Shown here piece by piece: positions 17,572 through 26,652 of a DNA stretch of 64,000 nt. The stretch is from a virus. The stretch lies in IMG/VR virus record IMGVR_UViG_3300022468_000627, positions 27,892 to 91,891 of that record. One strand, 5' to 3'. Made by a program: the position numbers and the translations under genes. Every line of letters begins with the position of its first letter. The stretch's first letter is position 1. The notes under the pieces are model-generated. The model did not search any database and was not told the DNA's origin. It saw only the letters and a program-made list of their open reading frames with translations.

Positions 17572-19091
17572 CAGAGCAGCCCCAGGTTGTCATCGGCCCG
17601 GCGCGACTGCTCGATCAGGTAGGGCGAGCCCTCCATCGAGGCGCGCGTGGCGAAGCCTTCGCCGCGGTCAAATTGCAGCGTGGTGGTGTAGGACTGGAGC
17701 GGCATGAATTCGTGGTCGATCTGGTGCACGTAGGCCATGTAGCGGATGTTGCCCTCGATGAAGACGCCATAGTCGCCGGCCTTCATGAGGTCGTTGACGC
17801 CGTCCACGCGCTCGGGCCCGCCCTTCACCACGGCGGCGCCCTGCTCGTAAATGACGTTGTCCTTGTTCATTTCGGACATGATGCGGCGGCGCTTCTCGAT
17901 CCAGCTTTGCTGGAGCGCGCTGCGTGCCTCATGCTCAGTTTTCGGTAGGCTCGGGCCCATGTTGGTGATGGTGTCCTCGCCCTGTTGGCTCTCGGCATTC
18001 ATGGGCCGAGCGCCGTAGTATTTTTTCGCGGCGTTCGGGTAGTCCTTGATCGAGACCGACCCCTCCTGCAGACCGAACAGGCGCCGCACTATGTCGTCAA
18101 TCAGGTCAAACTTGCTGTTGTTCACCCAAAAGTAGTTGGCCACGTTGGCGTCGGAGCGCGTGGCGTTCATCGACTTGATCATGTGGTCCTTGATCAGCGA
18201 AACGCCCGGAATGGGGGCGTCGTCCTGGATCTTGGCTGAGGCCCGGGTGGCGGGCGTGGACAGCAGGAACGCCGGGATGGGGCGGTACACCAGATGCACG
18301 CCATCCTCGCGGTCCTCGGTGTAGAGCTCGTTCCAGACGCCCACGTCGCCGTGAAAGCGCATGATGTCGTAGATCGAGCCCTGGCTGTTCTGGTAGCTGT
18401 TGTTGACCACGCCATGTGCCACGGTGACACCATCCCCTACGGTGATCTGCCGGGGCACAAGCGACCAATCGGGCATGAAGCCAGCCAGGTGAGGATTGAT
18501 GATCCTGTCGATCATGCGCCGCATGAATTCGTTCGCAGGCAAGGTATTGACGGCCTGCACCCCCAGGTCCTGCCACAGGCTGTAGTTGGTCAGCAGCGGG
18601 ACCCCATCGACGTAGTTCGTCATGTAGAGCACCTGGTAGGTCTGCCAGATTTTCCCGAAGTCCTGCCCGACCACCGCCACGGTGCGCTGCGGCCGCCCGT
18701 CGTCGCCCTGGATGCGCTGGCGCGTCACGTTCGACACGAAGCCCCGCATCACGATCGGCAATTGTGCAGGGCGCGGCCCCAGGCCGCCCCACATGCGGAT
18801 CTCAATCACGTCCATAGGCTCGATCAGGCCGTACACCGTCTCCAGCGTGCCATCGCTCCACGATGAGCTGGCAGCATCGGCGAACGAGATCGAGAACGCG
18901 CCGGCCGGCTGCCGCACCGACTTGGAGGTGCGCACCGATGAACCAAGGCTCAGGAATGGCGTCAGGTCGATGAACGGGTCTTTGCCCTGGTACCGGCCTG
19001 ACACGGCCCAGTTGCCGTCCAGGGACTCGCGGCTGATGGTTTTGAACAGCCGGACGGACAGGTCGGGCTTGGCTTCTTGTGCGTATGGCAT
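17571..19091 (-). CDS. Baseplate hub-region protein (hypothetical)
   Basis: 506-aa ORF between tape measure and spike. Placed by position only. Confidence 0.6.
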   Translation of the reverse strand: MPYAQEAKPDLSVRLFKTISRESLDGNWAVSGRYQGKDPFIDLTPFLSLGSSVRTSKSVRQPAGAFSISFADAASSSWSDGTLETVYGLIEPMDVIEIRMWGGLGPRPAQLPIVMRGFVSNVTRQRIQGDDGRPQRTVAVVGQDFGKIWQTYQVLYMTNYVDGVPLLTNYSLWQDLGVQAVNTLPANEFMRRMIDRIINPHLAGFMPDWSLVPRQITVGDGVTVAHGVVNNSYQNSQGSIYDIMRFHGDVGVWNELYTEDREDGVHLVYRPIPAFLLSTPATRASAKIQDDAPIPGVSLIKDHMIKSMNATRSDANVANYFWVNNSKFDLIDDIVRRLFGLQEGSVSIKDYPNAAKKYYGARPMNAESQQGEDTITNMGPSLPKTEHEARSALQQSWIEKRRRIMSEMNKDNVIYEQGAAVVKGGPERVDGVNDLMKAGDYGVFIEGNIRYMAYVHQIDHEFMPLQSYTTTLQFDRGEGFATRASMEGSPYLIEQSRRADDNLGLL

Positions 19092-19094
19092 GGC

Positions 19095-21950
19095 TTATCG
19101 GCGGTCGGAAACGTCGGGCTGGGGGGCGGTGACGCGGGTCTGCAGTTCCTGGCGCGGAGCCACCTCGCGCCCAGAGCTGTCCTTGTGGACGATGTCCACG
19201 CGCAAAGGGTCAAACGACACGGCCGAGCCACGGCCCCAATTTTGGCCATTCGGGACTTCGGGCAAAGGGGTGCCCGTGTAGTTTTTCTTCGCGGTCTCGA
19301 CCATCTTGCGGAAGGCATCCCAAGAGTGTTTCCCTTGGTTCGGGCTGCTGCCGGTCGGCAGAGATTGCCACTCGTTACCCATACCCGGCTTTCGCGCGGC
19401 CCCCTCAAAGTCACCGTTGAGCACCATGTCCAGGACGCCACGCTGACGAAGCGTCTCAATGAACGCCTTATCCTGAGACTCAGGCGAGAAATCCGTGAGC
19501 CCTAGCTTCGCGGCCAGGCCGCGCCATGTGCGGTTGACGAATTGGTACCGGCCGGCGGCCGTGCTCGGCCCATCGGCGGTGACGAGCCCCACTTTGTTCG
19601 GGTGCTGCCCCAGGTCGGTGATGGCCTTGTTGAATTTTCCCTGGCCCACGAGGGTGTTGTAGTTCGCCCCTTCGGACATGGCGACCACGTCCGAAAAGAT
19701 TTTCAGGTTCTTGCGTTTCTCGGGGTCAGCGATGTCGGACATGCTGGACGCCATAGGAACGGAGCTCCCAGCGCCATTCGGCGTCCCCGCCGCGGCCGCT
19801 GTCGTAGCTGACTGGCGCGCCGCGTTGATCCGCCCAGGCAGCGCCTGTTCCTCGGTCTTGATCCTGCTGTCGCGATCCGTCTTGGCGGCGTCCATCTCGC
19901 CGTCGATACCCTTGAGGCGTTCTTGGATCTCGCCCCGGCGCTTGTTGTATTCCTCCTCGCTGATCTGCCCCATGGCCCGCTTGCCACGCAGGCCGCGCTC
20001 CTCGTCGAGCAGGCCGGTGCGCTCGTCGCGCAGCTTCTTGCGGGTGCTCTCGTAGCCCGAGTGGATGCCGCTGATAGCGTCCTTGCTCTCAGCGCGGGCA
20101 ATGTCCTCCATGACCTGGGCGGGCGTCTTGTCGCCCTTGCCGGCCAGGTGCAGGATGCCCTTGCGAATGTCGAGCAGCGCCGGCACGGCGTAGTCGGCCA
20201 TCTTGGTTTTGATGTTGTCGAGGGCCGCCCGGCTGTCGCGGATCTCCTGGCCCTGCGTGCGCTCCTGCTCGTACTGGGCCGACAGCTTGGCAAGGACGCT
20301 TTTCTGGTCCTCGGCGCTGCCCTTCATCGCCTTTTCGAGCTCTTCCTTGTCCTTCTGGCTGACGTCGGAGCGGCCCCGGAACTGGTCGGCCAAGGCCTTG
20401 CGGTCGTCGTCGGTGCCGGTCACGGCCTTCGACAGGTTGAGCAGGCCCGACGCATTCATGCCCTTCATGTCCCCGGCGTACTTCTGCAGCTCGCCCATCT
20501 CGTTCGGCTTGAGCGACAGGGCCGCCATGGCCTGGTTCATGTTCAGGCCGGTGTGGTTCGCGAAGGCGTTGGCGCGCAGCAGCTTCTGGCTTTCGGAGTT
20601 GCCGGCGTACTTCTCCTCGATCAGCTTGCGGGTCTCGTCGTAGAAGGTGCTGGAGCCCGTCGGGCCGGTCTGGCCCATGTACGCCATGTAGGGGCTGGCC
20701 TTGCCGTTGCGGTCAAAGCCAAACATCTGGTCCTTGGTGGCGAACATGCCGCCCTCGCGCAGGACCTGCATCTGCAGGGGGTCGAGACCCATGCGGTTGG
20801 CCACCATGGAGGTGAAGAACTGCGAGGCCTCGCCCTTGGCGCCGCCGGCCGACAGCGCCGCGTTCATGCGGCCCAGCATGGAGGCTGCGCCCGTGGGGTC
20901 CATGCCGGCGCGGCCGCTGCCGACCATGGCCGAGAACATGCCGCCGTAGCCCTCGACGTTGGCCGCCGTCAGGCTCTGCCGGGTCTGGGCCGTGGCGAAG
21001 TTGCCGATAGCCTCCATCACCTCGTCGGCCTTGGCGAAGGCGTCGCTCTTGGCGATGGTCTCGCCGATCAGCAGCGCCATGCGGCGGCTGTCCTGGGTGT
21101 CGCGGGTGACGCCGACGCCGCGCATCTGCCCCAGGAACCCAACTCCCTGCGAAGGGTCCAGGCCGAAGGCTCGCGACATGCCCACGCCCAGGCCAAGCTC
21201 CTCGGGCAGCGACTTGTAGCCCTGGCCGCTCAGGTTGCCGGACTTGGCGAACTGCTGCGCAAGGCCAGCCGTCTCGTCGTAGGTGAGGCTCAGGCCTTCG
21301 CCGGTCTTCATGACCGCCGTCTTAAGGCCGATGAACGACGCCTGCACATCGCCCAGCGTCCGCTTGAGGCGGTCGTAGGCGATATTGTTGTTCTCGGCCT
21401 TCTCGATGTTGTCGGCGATGGCGCCCACCAGCTTGCCAGCGCCCAGGGCCAGCATGCCCCCCATGAGCCCGGCCATGCCCGCGCCGAAGCCGGACGACAT
21501 GCCGGTACCGATGGCATTGGCCGCCACGTTGCCGACCGGGCCAGCGGCCCGCAGCCCGGCCTGGGCGGTGGTGGCCGCCAGGCCCTTCGGGGTGTGGCGC
21601 CAGTTGCCCCCCTCCTCGGGCTCTGCCGACTGCCCACCGGTCTGCATGTACCGGTCGATCTGGGCCATCTTGCGCTTGTAGGCCCCGGGGTTCGGGTACA
21701 TGCGCTGGAAGTCGGTTTCCTCAAAGGACCGACCTTCCTGCTTGGTGTCCCGCTGCCGGCGGGCCATCTCGCGATCCAGTTTCAGCAGGGTCTGGAACAG
21801 CTCGTTGACGCGGCTCACCGACTCCTTGCCGACAGGGTCGATCTTGCGCTTCCCGACCCGTTCGAGCGTCTTCTCCAGCTGCTGGGCGGTCTGCTGCGCG
21901 CCCTGAGCATTCAGCTTGGCCTCGACGCCAATTTCCATCTTGTTCGACAT
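19095..21950 (-). CDS. Tail tape measure protein with C-terminal GH104-type lytic transglycosylase domain
   Basis: 951 aa, Gly/Ala/Met-rich and coiled-coil-like, located after the chaperone. C-terminus has AMSEGANYNTLVG..HPNK..STAAGRYQFVNRTW (AAGRYQF at 19540-19560). Confidence 0.85.
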   Translation of the reverse strand: MSNKMEIGVEAKLNAQGAQQTAQQLEKTLERVGKRKIDPVGKESVSRVNELFQTLLKLDREMARRQRDTKQEGRSFEETDFQRMYPNPGAYKRKMAQIDRYMQTGGQSAEPEEGGNWRHTPKGLAATTAQAGLRAAGPVGNVAANAIGTGMSSGFGAGMAGLMGGMLALGAGKLVGAIADNIEKAENNNIAYDRLKRTLGDVQASFIGLKTAVMKTGEGLSLTYDETAGLAQQFAKSGNLSGQGYKSLPEELGLGVGMSRAFGLDPSQGVGFLGQMRGVGVTRDTQDSRRMALLIGETIAKSDAFAKADEVMEAIGNFATAQTRQSLTAANVEGYGGMFSAMVGSGRAGMDPTGAASMLGRMNAALSAGGAKGEASQFFTSMVANRMGLDPLQMQVLREGGMFATKDQMFGFDRNGKASPYMAYMGQTGPTGSSTFYDETRKLIEEKYAGNSESQKLLRANAFANHTGLNMNQAMAALSLKPNEMGELQKYAGDMKGMNASGLLNLSKAVTGTDDDRKALADQFRGRSDVSQKDKEELEKAMKGSAEDQKSVLAKLSAQYEQERTQGQEIRDSRAALDNIKTKMADYAVPALLDIRKGILHLAGKGDKTPAQVMEDIARAESKDAISGIHSGYESTRKKLRDERTGLLDEERGLRGKRAMGQISEEEYNKRRGEIQERLKGIDGEMDAAKTDRDSRIKTEEQALPGRINAARQSATTAAAAGTPNGAGSSVPMASSMSDIADPEKRKNLKIFSDVVAMSEGANYNTLVGQGKFNKAITDLGQHPNKVGLVTADGPSTAAGRYQFVNRTWRGLAAKLGLTDFSPESQDKAFIETLRQRGVLDMVLNGDFEGAARKPGMGNEWQSLPTGSSPNQGKHSWDAFRKMVETAKKNYTGTPLPEVPNGQNWGRGSAVSFDPLRVDIVHKDSSGREVAPRQELQTRVTAPQPDVSDRR

Positions 21951-21958
21951 GGCAGTGG

Positions 21959-22250
21959 TCAGGTCAAAGGTTCAAAATCGTCCGGCATCGGCTGCCCGGG
22001 GCGGAAGCCAGCCAGCTCGGCGGCCACGTTGTTCTCGTCAAAGTCGGGGTCCTCAAACTCCTCCTTGGCCTTCGGATCGTCGTAGAACGTGTGCATCCAG
22101 AAGTCCTCAAGCATGTCCTCGATGGTGGCATCCAGGAATCGCGGGTCGGTTCGGGTGAGGTTGTACTTGCGGCGGAACCAGAATTCGACTGTCTCGGAAC
22201 CGTTACGCGCCGCTTGCTTGCACCGCCAGTCCCTTTGCTTGACGAAAAGA
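21959..22250 (-). CDS. +1-frame extension of the tail assembly chaperone (frameshift product, C-terminal part)
   Basis: Start-less ORF of about 94 codons with excellent GC3 (..VEFWFRRKYNLTRTDPRFLDATIEDMLEDFWMHTFYDDPKAKEEFEDPDFDENNVAAELAGFRPGQPMPDDFEPLT*). Open only from just upstream of TCTTTTCGT (22242-22250) and ends 8 nt before the tape-measure ATG. Confidence 0.55.
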
Positions 22251-22547
22251 GCGCTCCTTTGCTGTCAGCGCGTCGTAGACGGCGTTCAGCTTGGCGTAGG
22301 TCTCGGGGTCGAGCGGGTCCAGCTTGTCCAGGTCCCAGCCGTCCGGCGCCTCGACGGTGAGCACGCGCAGGGCCGACAGCCAGCCGCCCATGGTCATGAG
22401 CCACACAGTCGGCTCGACGCCCTGCAGGATCTTGGCGTACTCGCGCTGGATCGCGATCTCGTCGCCCATGGTGCGCTTGCCGAACACGAAGCAGCCGATG
22501 TTCTCGACCGGGATTTCAAAGTCAGAGGAGGCAGGGGTGCGGGACAT
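22203..22547 (-). CDS. Tail assembly chaperone (0-frame product)
   Basis: 114-aa ORF between tube and tape measure. SD AAGGAAC upstream. Confidence 0.7.
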   Translation of the reverse strand: MSRTPASSDFEIPVENIGCFVFGKRTMGDEIAIQREYAKILQGVEPTVWLMTMGGWLSALRVLTVEAPDGWDLDKLDPLDPETYAKLNAVYDALTAKERSFRQAKGLAVQASGA

Positions 22548-22568
22548 AGGGTGTTCCTTGGATGATGG

Positions 22569-22602
22569 AAAAAGGCCGCGCGACCCGAAGATCAGCGCGG
22601 CC
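22569..22602 (-). terminator. Intrinsic terminator after the tail tube gene
   Basis: Minus strand GGCCGCGCUGAUC-UUCG-GGUCGCGCGGCC followed by UUUUU. Confidence 0.65.
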
Positions 22603-22627
22603 TACATGATCGCCTCACGACTGCGCG

Positions 22628-23050
22628 TTAGGCGCCGGTGCCGGTCACATCAAGGGCCATGAACTGGGCCGAGCTCACCACGATCTGGTGGGCCTGGATG
22701 TCGATGTCGCCAGAGGCGAACGAGCAGCCCTTGTACTTGCGCAGGAGCTTGCCGTCGGTCTTGGCGTACACCTCAAAGTCGAACACCAGACCCTGCAGCA
22801 CGGCGTCGCCGTTCTCGGGGGTGATGCCGACCGCCTGCATGTTGTCCTTGATCAGGACCATGTTCTGCACGCTCAGCGAGTGGCGCGCCATGGTGGGCAC
22901 GTACTCCTGCACGTGGATGTCGCCGATCCCCGAGGCGGGATCCGGGCTGTAGTCGTCGCTGGCGCGCACCGAGCGGATCATGCCCACCTGGCGGCCATCC
23001 AGCAGCACGATCGTGGTGTTGCCACTGCGAACCTTCTGGTTTTGCTGCAT
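22628..23050 (-). CDS. Tail tube protein
   Basis: 140-aa ORF directly after the sheath gene. Called on position and size. Confidence 0.7.
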   Translation of the reverse strand: MQQNQKVRSGNTTIVLLDGRQVGMIRSVRASDDYSPDPASGIGDIHVQEYVPTMARHSLSVQNMVLIKDNMQAVGITPENGDAVLQGLVFDFEVYAKTDGKLLRKYKGCSFASGDIDIQAHQIVVSSAQFMALDVTGTGA

Positions 23051-23062
23051 TTAATGCCCCTT

Positions 23063-24778
23063 TTAGGAAGATGCGGTGCCGCTGTAGGGGACCGCGTAGA
23101 TGGTCGCGAGGATGTAGTTCACCGGGATGGCCGGCGAGCACTCGAACTGCACGCGCAGCACGTCACCCTCCAGGGCGGCCGTGATGTTGCGATAGGCCGG
23201 GCTCTGCGCGTCACCCACCAGCACGCCGGGGCCCTGGGGCTCGGCCTTCGCCAGCTCGCTCAAGGCGGACTCGGTGATGCTGATCGCGCGCTGCAGGCTG
23301 ATCGGGCCACCCTTGGCGCCGCGCAGCACGTCCAAGGCCTCGCGCACGCGGCGGGCGGTGTAGTCCAGCGCCCAGCCGGTGGATTGCTCGACCTTCGCGT
23401 AGTTGCGGTCGGACAGCCAGGTGGTGATGGACTTCACGACCTTGTAGCCGGTGTCCACCTTCTCGACGCAGAACACGCCGCCGTTGATCAGCACGTCGGT
23501 GTCGGTCGGGTTGCGCAGCTCGCGCTCCAGGCCGCGCACCTTGATCGCCTTGTTGGTCAGCGGGGTGCCGGGGTTCACGCCAGAGAACGCGCCAGCCACC
23601 AGGGCGGCGGTGATGTAGGGCGGGAACAGGGTCTGCTTGCCGGCCAGGTTGTAGTTGTAGTGGCCGATGTGGACCAGTGAGGTCCGCTTGCTGTTGAGCG
23701 ACTTGGCGGCGTCGATCGCCTGCAGGTCGGTCGTGTTGGCCACGGTGCCGCAGATGACGCGGCGCTCCTTAAGGGCAACATCGCTCATGTAGGTGGCGTG
23801 CGTGTCAGCCAGGGCGTGAATGGCGGCGTCACCGCTCACCGGCGAGACCCACTGCACGTCGGCGGTCTGCAGCACCTCGAAGGCGGCAGCCCAGTCGTTG
23901 AAAGTGGTCGTGCCGTCGCTGCCACCGGTCATGAACGTCCAGTCGGCCACAGCCGGGGGCTTGCCGGCGTTGTTCGCGCGGGTGGCGCGGACGAAGTCCT
24001 GGGTCGGGCCGTTCAGCCAGTCGATGACGGCCTGCAGGTCGCCCTTGACGGTGTAGGCGGCAGTCTTGACGTCCTGAGCGGTCACGAAGTCCAGGCCCTG
24101 CAGCGCAGGCGAGTTGTAGCTGGTGTCCAGCACGTTCGCCTCGAAGCCGGCCACCACGTTGATGCGGTCCACCAGGTCGATGATGACGGGGTACTGGGTC
24201 AGGTCCAGGGTCTCGACCACGGTGCCGGCGGGGGCGGACAAGATCACCTGAGTGCCGTTCACCGTGATGGTGGCCGAGGCCTGGCCGCCGGTGTAGTGCA
24301 CCGAGAACGCGCGACGCTCGATGTTGTCCTTGGTGTAGTAGTCATTGCCGCGCTTGGTGGTCACGCGCAGGCCCGAGATGCTGCCGGCCTCGACCTTGTA
24401 CTGCAGCTGGTTCTCGCGAACGCCGTAGTTGTTCGAGGTCAGGTTCACGACCGTGTTGTTGCTGGCGTCCTTGAGCACGCCCGTGGACTGCACGGCGTTG
24501 TCGACGCGGATGACGACGACGGTTTCAGGGCCGCCGGTCTCGGGCGACGGGTCGAAGGCGGCGCGCACGGCCTCCAGCAGCTCACCGGAGACCAGCTCGC
24601 GCTGCGCCTCCTGGGGGCTGCCGTAGCGAAGCACGGTCTTCGGCTTGCCGCCGGCGGCGCGGCCCACCAGGGCCACGATGTTGCCGACGGACGAGTTCTT
24701 GGGGTCCAGCGCGCTGTCGTTGATGACCGACGCCGTCGCCGGCGAAACAATCAGCCGGCCGTTGAAAAAAACACTCAT
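23063..24778 (-). CDS. Tail sheath protein
   Basis: 571-aa ORF. N-terminus SPATASVINDSAL..VGNIVALVGRAAGGKP is typical of sheath proteins. Followed by tube, chaperone and tape measure. Confidence 0.85.
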   Translation of the reverse strand: MSVFFNGRLIVSPATASVINDSALDPKNSSVGNIVALVGRAAGGKPKTVLRYGSPQEAQRELVSGELLEAVRAAFDPSPETGGPETVVVIRVDNAVQSTGVLKDASNNTVVNLTSNNYGVRENQLQYKVEAGSISGLRVTTKRGNDYYTKDNIERRAFSVHYTGGQASATITVNGTQVILSAPAGTVVETLDLTQYPVIIDLVDRINVVAGFEANVLDTSYNSPALQGLDFVTAQDVKTAAYTVKGDLQAVIDWLNGPTQDFVRATRANNAGKPPAVADWTFMTGGSDGTTTFNDWAAAFEVLQTADVQWVSPVSGDAAIHALADTHATYMSDVALKERRVICGTVANTTDLQAIDAAKSLNSKRTSLVHIGHYNYNLAGKQTLFPPYITAALVAGAFSGVNPGTPLTNKAIKVRGLERELRNPTDTDVLINGGVFCVEKVDTGYKVVKSITTWLSDRNYAKVEQSTGWALDYTARRVREALDVLRGAKGGPISLQRAISITESALSELAKAEPQGPGVLVGDAQSPAYRNITAALEGDVLRVQFECSPAIPVNYILATIYAVPYSGTASS

Positions 24779-24790
24779 GGAAAACCTCGC

Positions 24791-25000
24791 TTAAACGGGA
24801 GTGTTGACGAAGGCGTCGAACCGCTGGCGGAAAGCCGCAGCGGTGTCCTTGAGGCGGCCGGCCCGCTTTTCGACGTGCTCGAAGCCGCCGATCAGCTCAG
24901 GGCGGGTGATGGTTTCGGACAGCCGAGTGCAGAACTCGACCAGGGTGATCTTGGCCTCGGCCTGAACCTCGTCGGCCACGGCGGTATCGTTTTTAGGCAT
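24791..25000 (-). CDS. Hypothetical small protein
   Basis: 69 aa from ATG 25000 (8-nt overlap with the upstream stop). The track ORF is 5'-extended. Confidence 0.5.
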   Translation of the reverse strand: MPKNDTAVADEVQAEAKITLVEFCTRLSETITRPELIGGFEHVEKRAGRLKDTAAAFRQRFDAFVNTPV

Positions 25001-25829
25001 TCGCGCTCCTTGAAATGACTTGGGAAATGGCAGCCACCGGGCCGCCAACACGGACAGGCGCGACGCACGAAAAAGTGCCCACCGCCTGGTACAGCTGAGC
25101 CGGGTACTCGCCGTTGATGGCGTCGATGTCCTGCAGGGACAGGCTGACCTCGGCCCAGCCGAAGCCGTCGAACACGTCCAGATTGCCGATGATCAGACGA
25201 CGGATCGCCTTGCGCAGCTCGATGCGCTGGTCGCTGTTGAGACTCCAGCCCACGACGGTGACGCGCACGCGCGCCCACCAGCCCTGGGACTCGTTCCACT
25301 CGAAGCCTGGGGAATCGAAGGTGTCGCCCGAGATGCACTCACCAATGCCGCGCTCCTCGGGGTCTTCGCCCTCCAGGTGCAGCGTCACCAGCGGAAACCG
25401 CAGCTGCTGCTCCAGGGATGGCGGCGCCGTGTAGACCTCGATGTAGCCAGCGTCGGTCTGGAAGTTGCCTCGGTCGCATTCGACCTTGAGCCCGACCTCC
25501 AGCCGCTCGCGCAGGTGCGACATGACGTCGGTCGTGTGCTCCTCGTAGTCGGCCACGGCCGTGCCGCTCATCACCGGGCCCGGCGTCCACGTGACGCGGT
25601 CAGAGGTGAAAAACGGGCAGTAGAACTGCGGCACCTCGTTGGGCACGCTGTTCGAGTCGATGATGACGTCCTCGGTGCCCTGGTAGACCAGCAGCGCATC
25701 CGGGTCGTCGTGCCCGGTGAACGTGCCAGTCCCCTTGCGCAACACCTTCCACTCGCTGGCGCCCGCCGGCGGCGCGAAGAACAGCCGCAGCGCATTGCCA
25801 ACGTGGAGAGGTTGGATCGTGGTGATCAT
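24993..25829 (-). CDS. Hypothetical neck/tail-completion protein
   Basis: 278-aa ORF preceded by motif copy d. Placed by position upstream of the sheath. Confidence 0.65.
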   Translation of the reverse strand: MITTIQPLHVGNALRLFFAPPAGASEWKVLRKGTGTFTGHDDPDALLVYQGTEDVIIDSNSVPNEVPQFYCPFFTSDRVTWTPGPVMSGTAVADYEEHTTDVMSHLRERLEVGLKVECDRGNFQTDAGYIEVYTAPPSLEQQLRFPLVTLHLEGEDPEERGIGECISGDTFDSPGFEWNESQGWWARVRVTVVGWSLNSDQRIELRKAIRRLIIGNLDVFDGFGWAEVSLSLQDIDAINGEYPAQLYQAVGTFSCVAPVRVGGPVAAISQVISRSANA

Positions 25830-25838
25830 GACGGGCTC

Positions 25839-25854
25839 ATTCTCTTGTCACGAC
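25839..25854 (-). promoter_or_regulatory. Conserved late-promoter-like motif (copy d)
   Basis: Minus strand GTCGTGAC AA GAGAAT, then 9 nt, then ATG 25829. Confidence 0.45.
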
Positions 25855-25859
25855 GCCAT

Positions 25860-25875
25860 GGCGTGACGGCAGAAT
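25860..25875 (+). promoter_or_regulatory. Conserved late-promoter-like motif (copy e, plus strand)
   Basis: Plus strand GGCGTGAC GG CAGAAT, then GGCCGC, then ATG 25882. Back-to-back with copy d. Confidence 0.45.
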
Positions 25876-25881
25876 GGCCGC

Positions 25882-26652
25882 ATGCGCTACTCCATCAGCT
25901 TTGAACTGACCTCGCAGCTCGACCTGGCATCTGGCTTCAATGCCCGGGTCTTTCCGCTGATCAACCAGGCGGTGAACGCCGTCGCCCAGGCCACGGCGGC
26001 GAACTGGCGCGAGGCGGTGATGCGCGCCCGGTTGTGGAGCGGCGAAAAGGACGCCTACGCCGGCTCCATCGCCTACCGCATGACCGGCGATTTCAGCGCC
26101 GTGGTGTTCTCGGACTACAAGAACGCCCAGGAAATTGAGACCGGCCGGCCGCCGCGCGACCTCAAGAAGATGCTGCAGACCAGCATGAAGGTGCGCGTGA
26201 GCAAGAAGGGCCTGCGCTACCTGATCATCCCGTTCCGCCACGGCGCGCCGGGGTCGAACAGCAACCCCATGCCGGCCGACGTCTACCAGCAGGCCAAGAT
26301 GCTGACGGCCAGCAACATTGTCGGCCACGGCCGGCGCCTGTCTGGCACCGGGGCGTGGAGCCTCAAGACGCAGCAGCCGGCCACGGTGCGTCAGCGCAAG
26401 TACAAGTGGGGCGAACGGATGGATGGCCCGGACGTGCCGCGCCACCAACAAGGCATGGTGCGCATGGACACCAGCACCAAGAACCAGAAGCGCAGCACGT
26501 ACCTGACGTTCCGGGTGATGTCGGAGAAGTCGCGCGGCTGGATCGTGCCCGCCCAGCCCGGTCAGAACATCGTCCAGGGCGTCACCGACAACATGCGCCC
26601 GATCGCCGATCGCATCTTCAAGGAAGCCGGCAATCTCTCGATGAAAGGTTAG
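25882..26652 (+). CDS. Hypothetical virion-morphogenesis-region protein (inverted orientation)
   Basis: 256-aa ORF with good GC3. The only plus-strand gene inside the structural block. Its stop overlaps the convergent stop of 26649..27299. Confidence 0.65.
   Translation: MRYSISFELTSQLDLASGFNARVFPLINQAVNAVAQATAANWREAVMRARLWSGEKDAYAGSIAYRMTGDFSAVVFSDYKNAQEIETGRPPRDLKKMLQTSMKVRVSKKGLRYLIIPFRHGAPGSNSNPMPADVYQQAKMLTASNIVGHGRRLSGTGAWSLKTQQPATVRQRKYKWGERMDGPDVPRHQQGMVRMDTSTKNQKRSTYLTFRVMSEKSRGWIVPAQPGQNIVQGVTDNMRPIADRIFKEAGNLSMKG

Noticed and set aside
21964-22404. Track ORF in the -1 frame as the expected chaperone frameshift extension
   Set aside because: It has poor third-position bias and Ser/Thr/Arg/Pro-rich nonsense sequence. 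The +1 frame carries the coding signal instead.
22601-22621. GTCGTGAG GCG ATCATG, a near-copy of the promoter-like motif after the tube gene
   Set aside because: It has the wrong spacing and precedes rather than follows the terminator. No ATG lies at the expected distance, so it is likely chance similarity.
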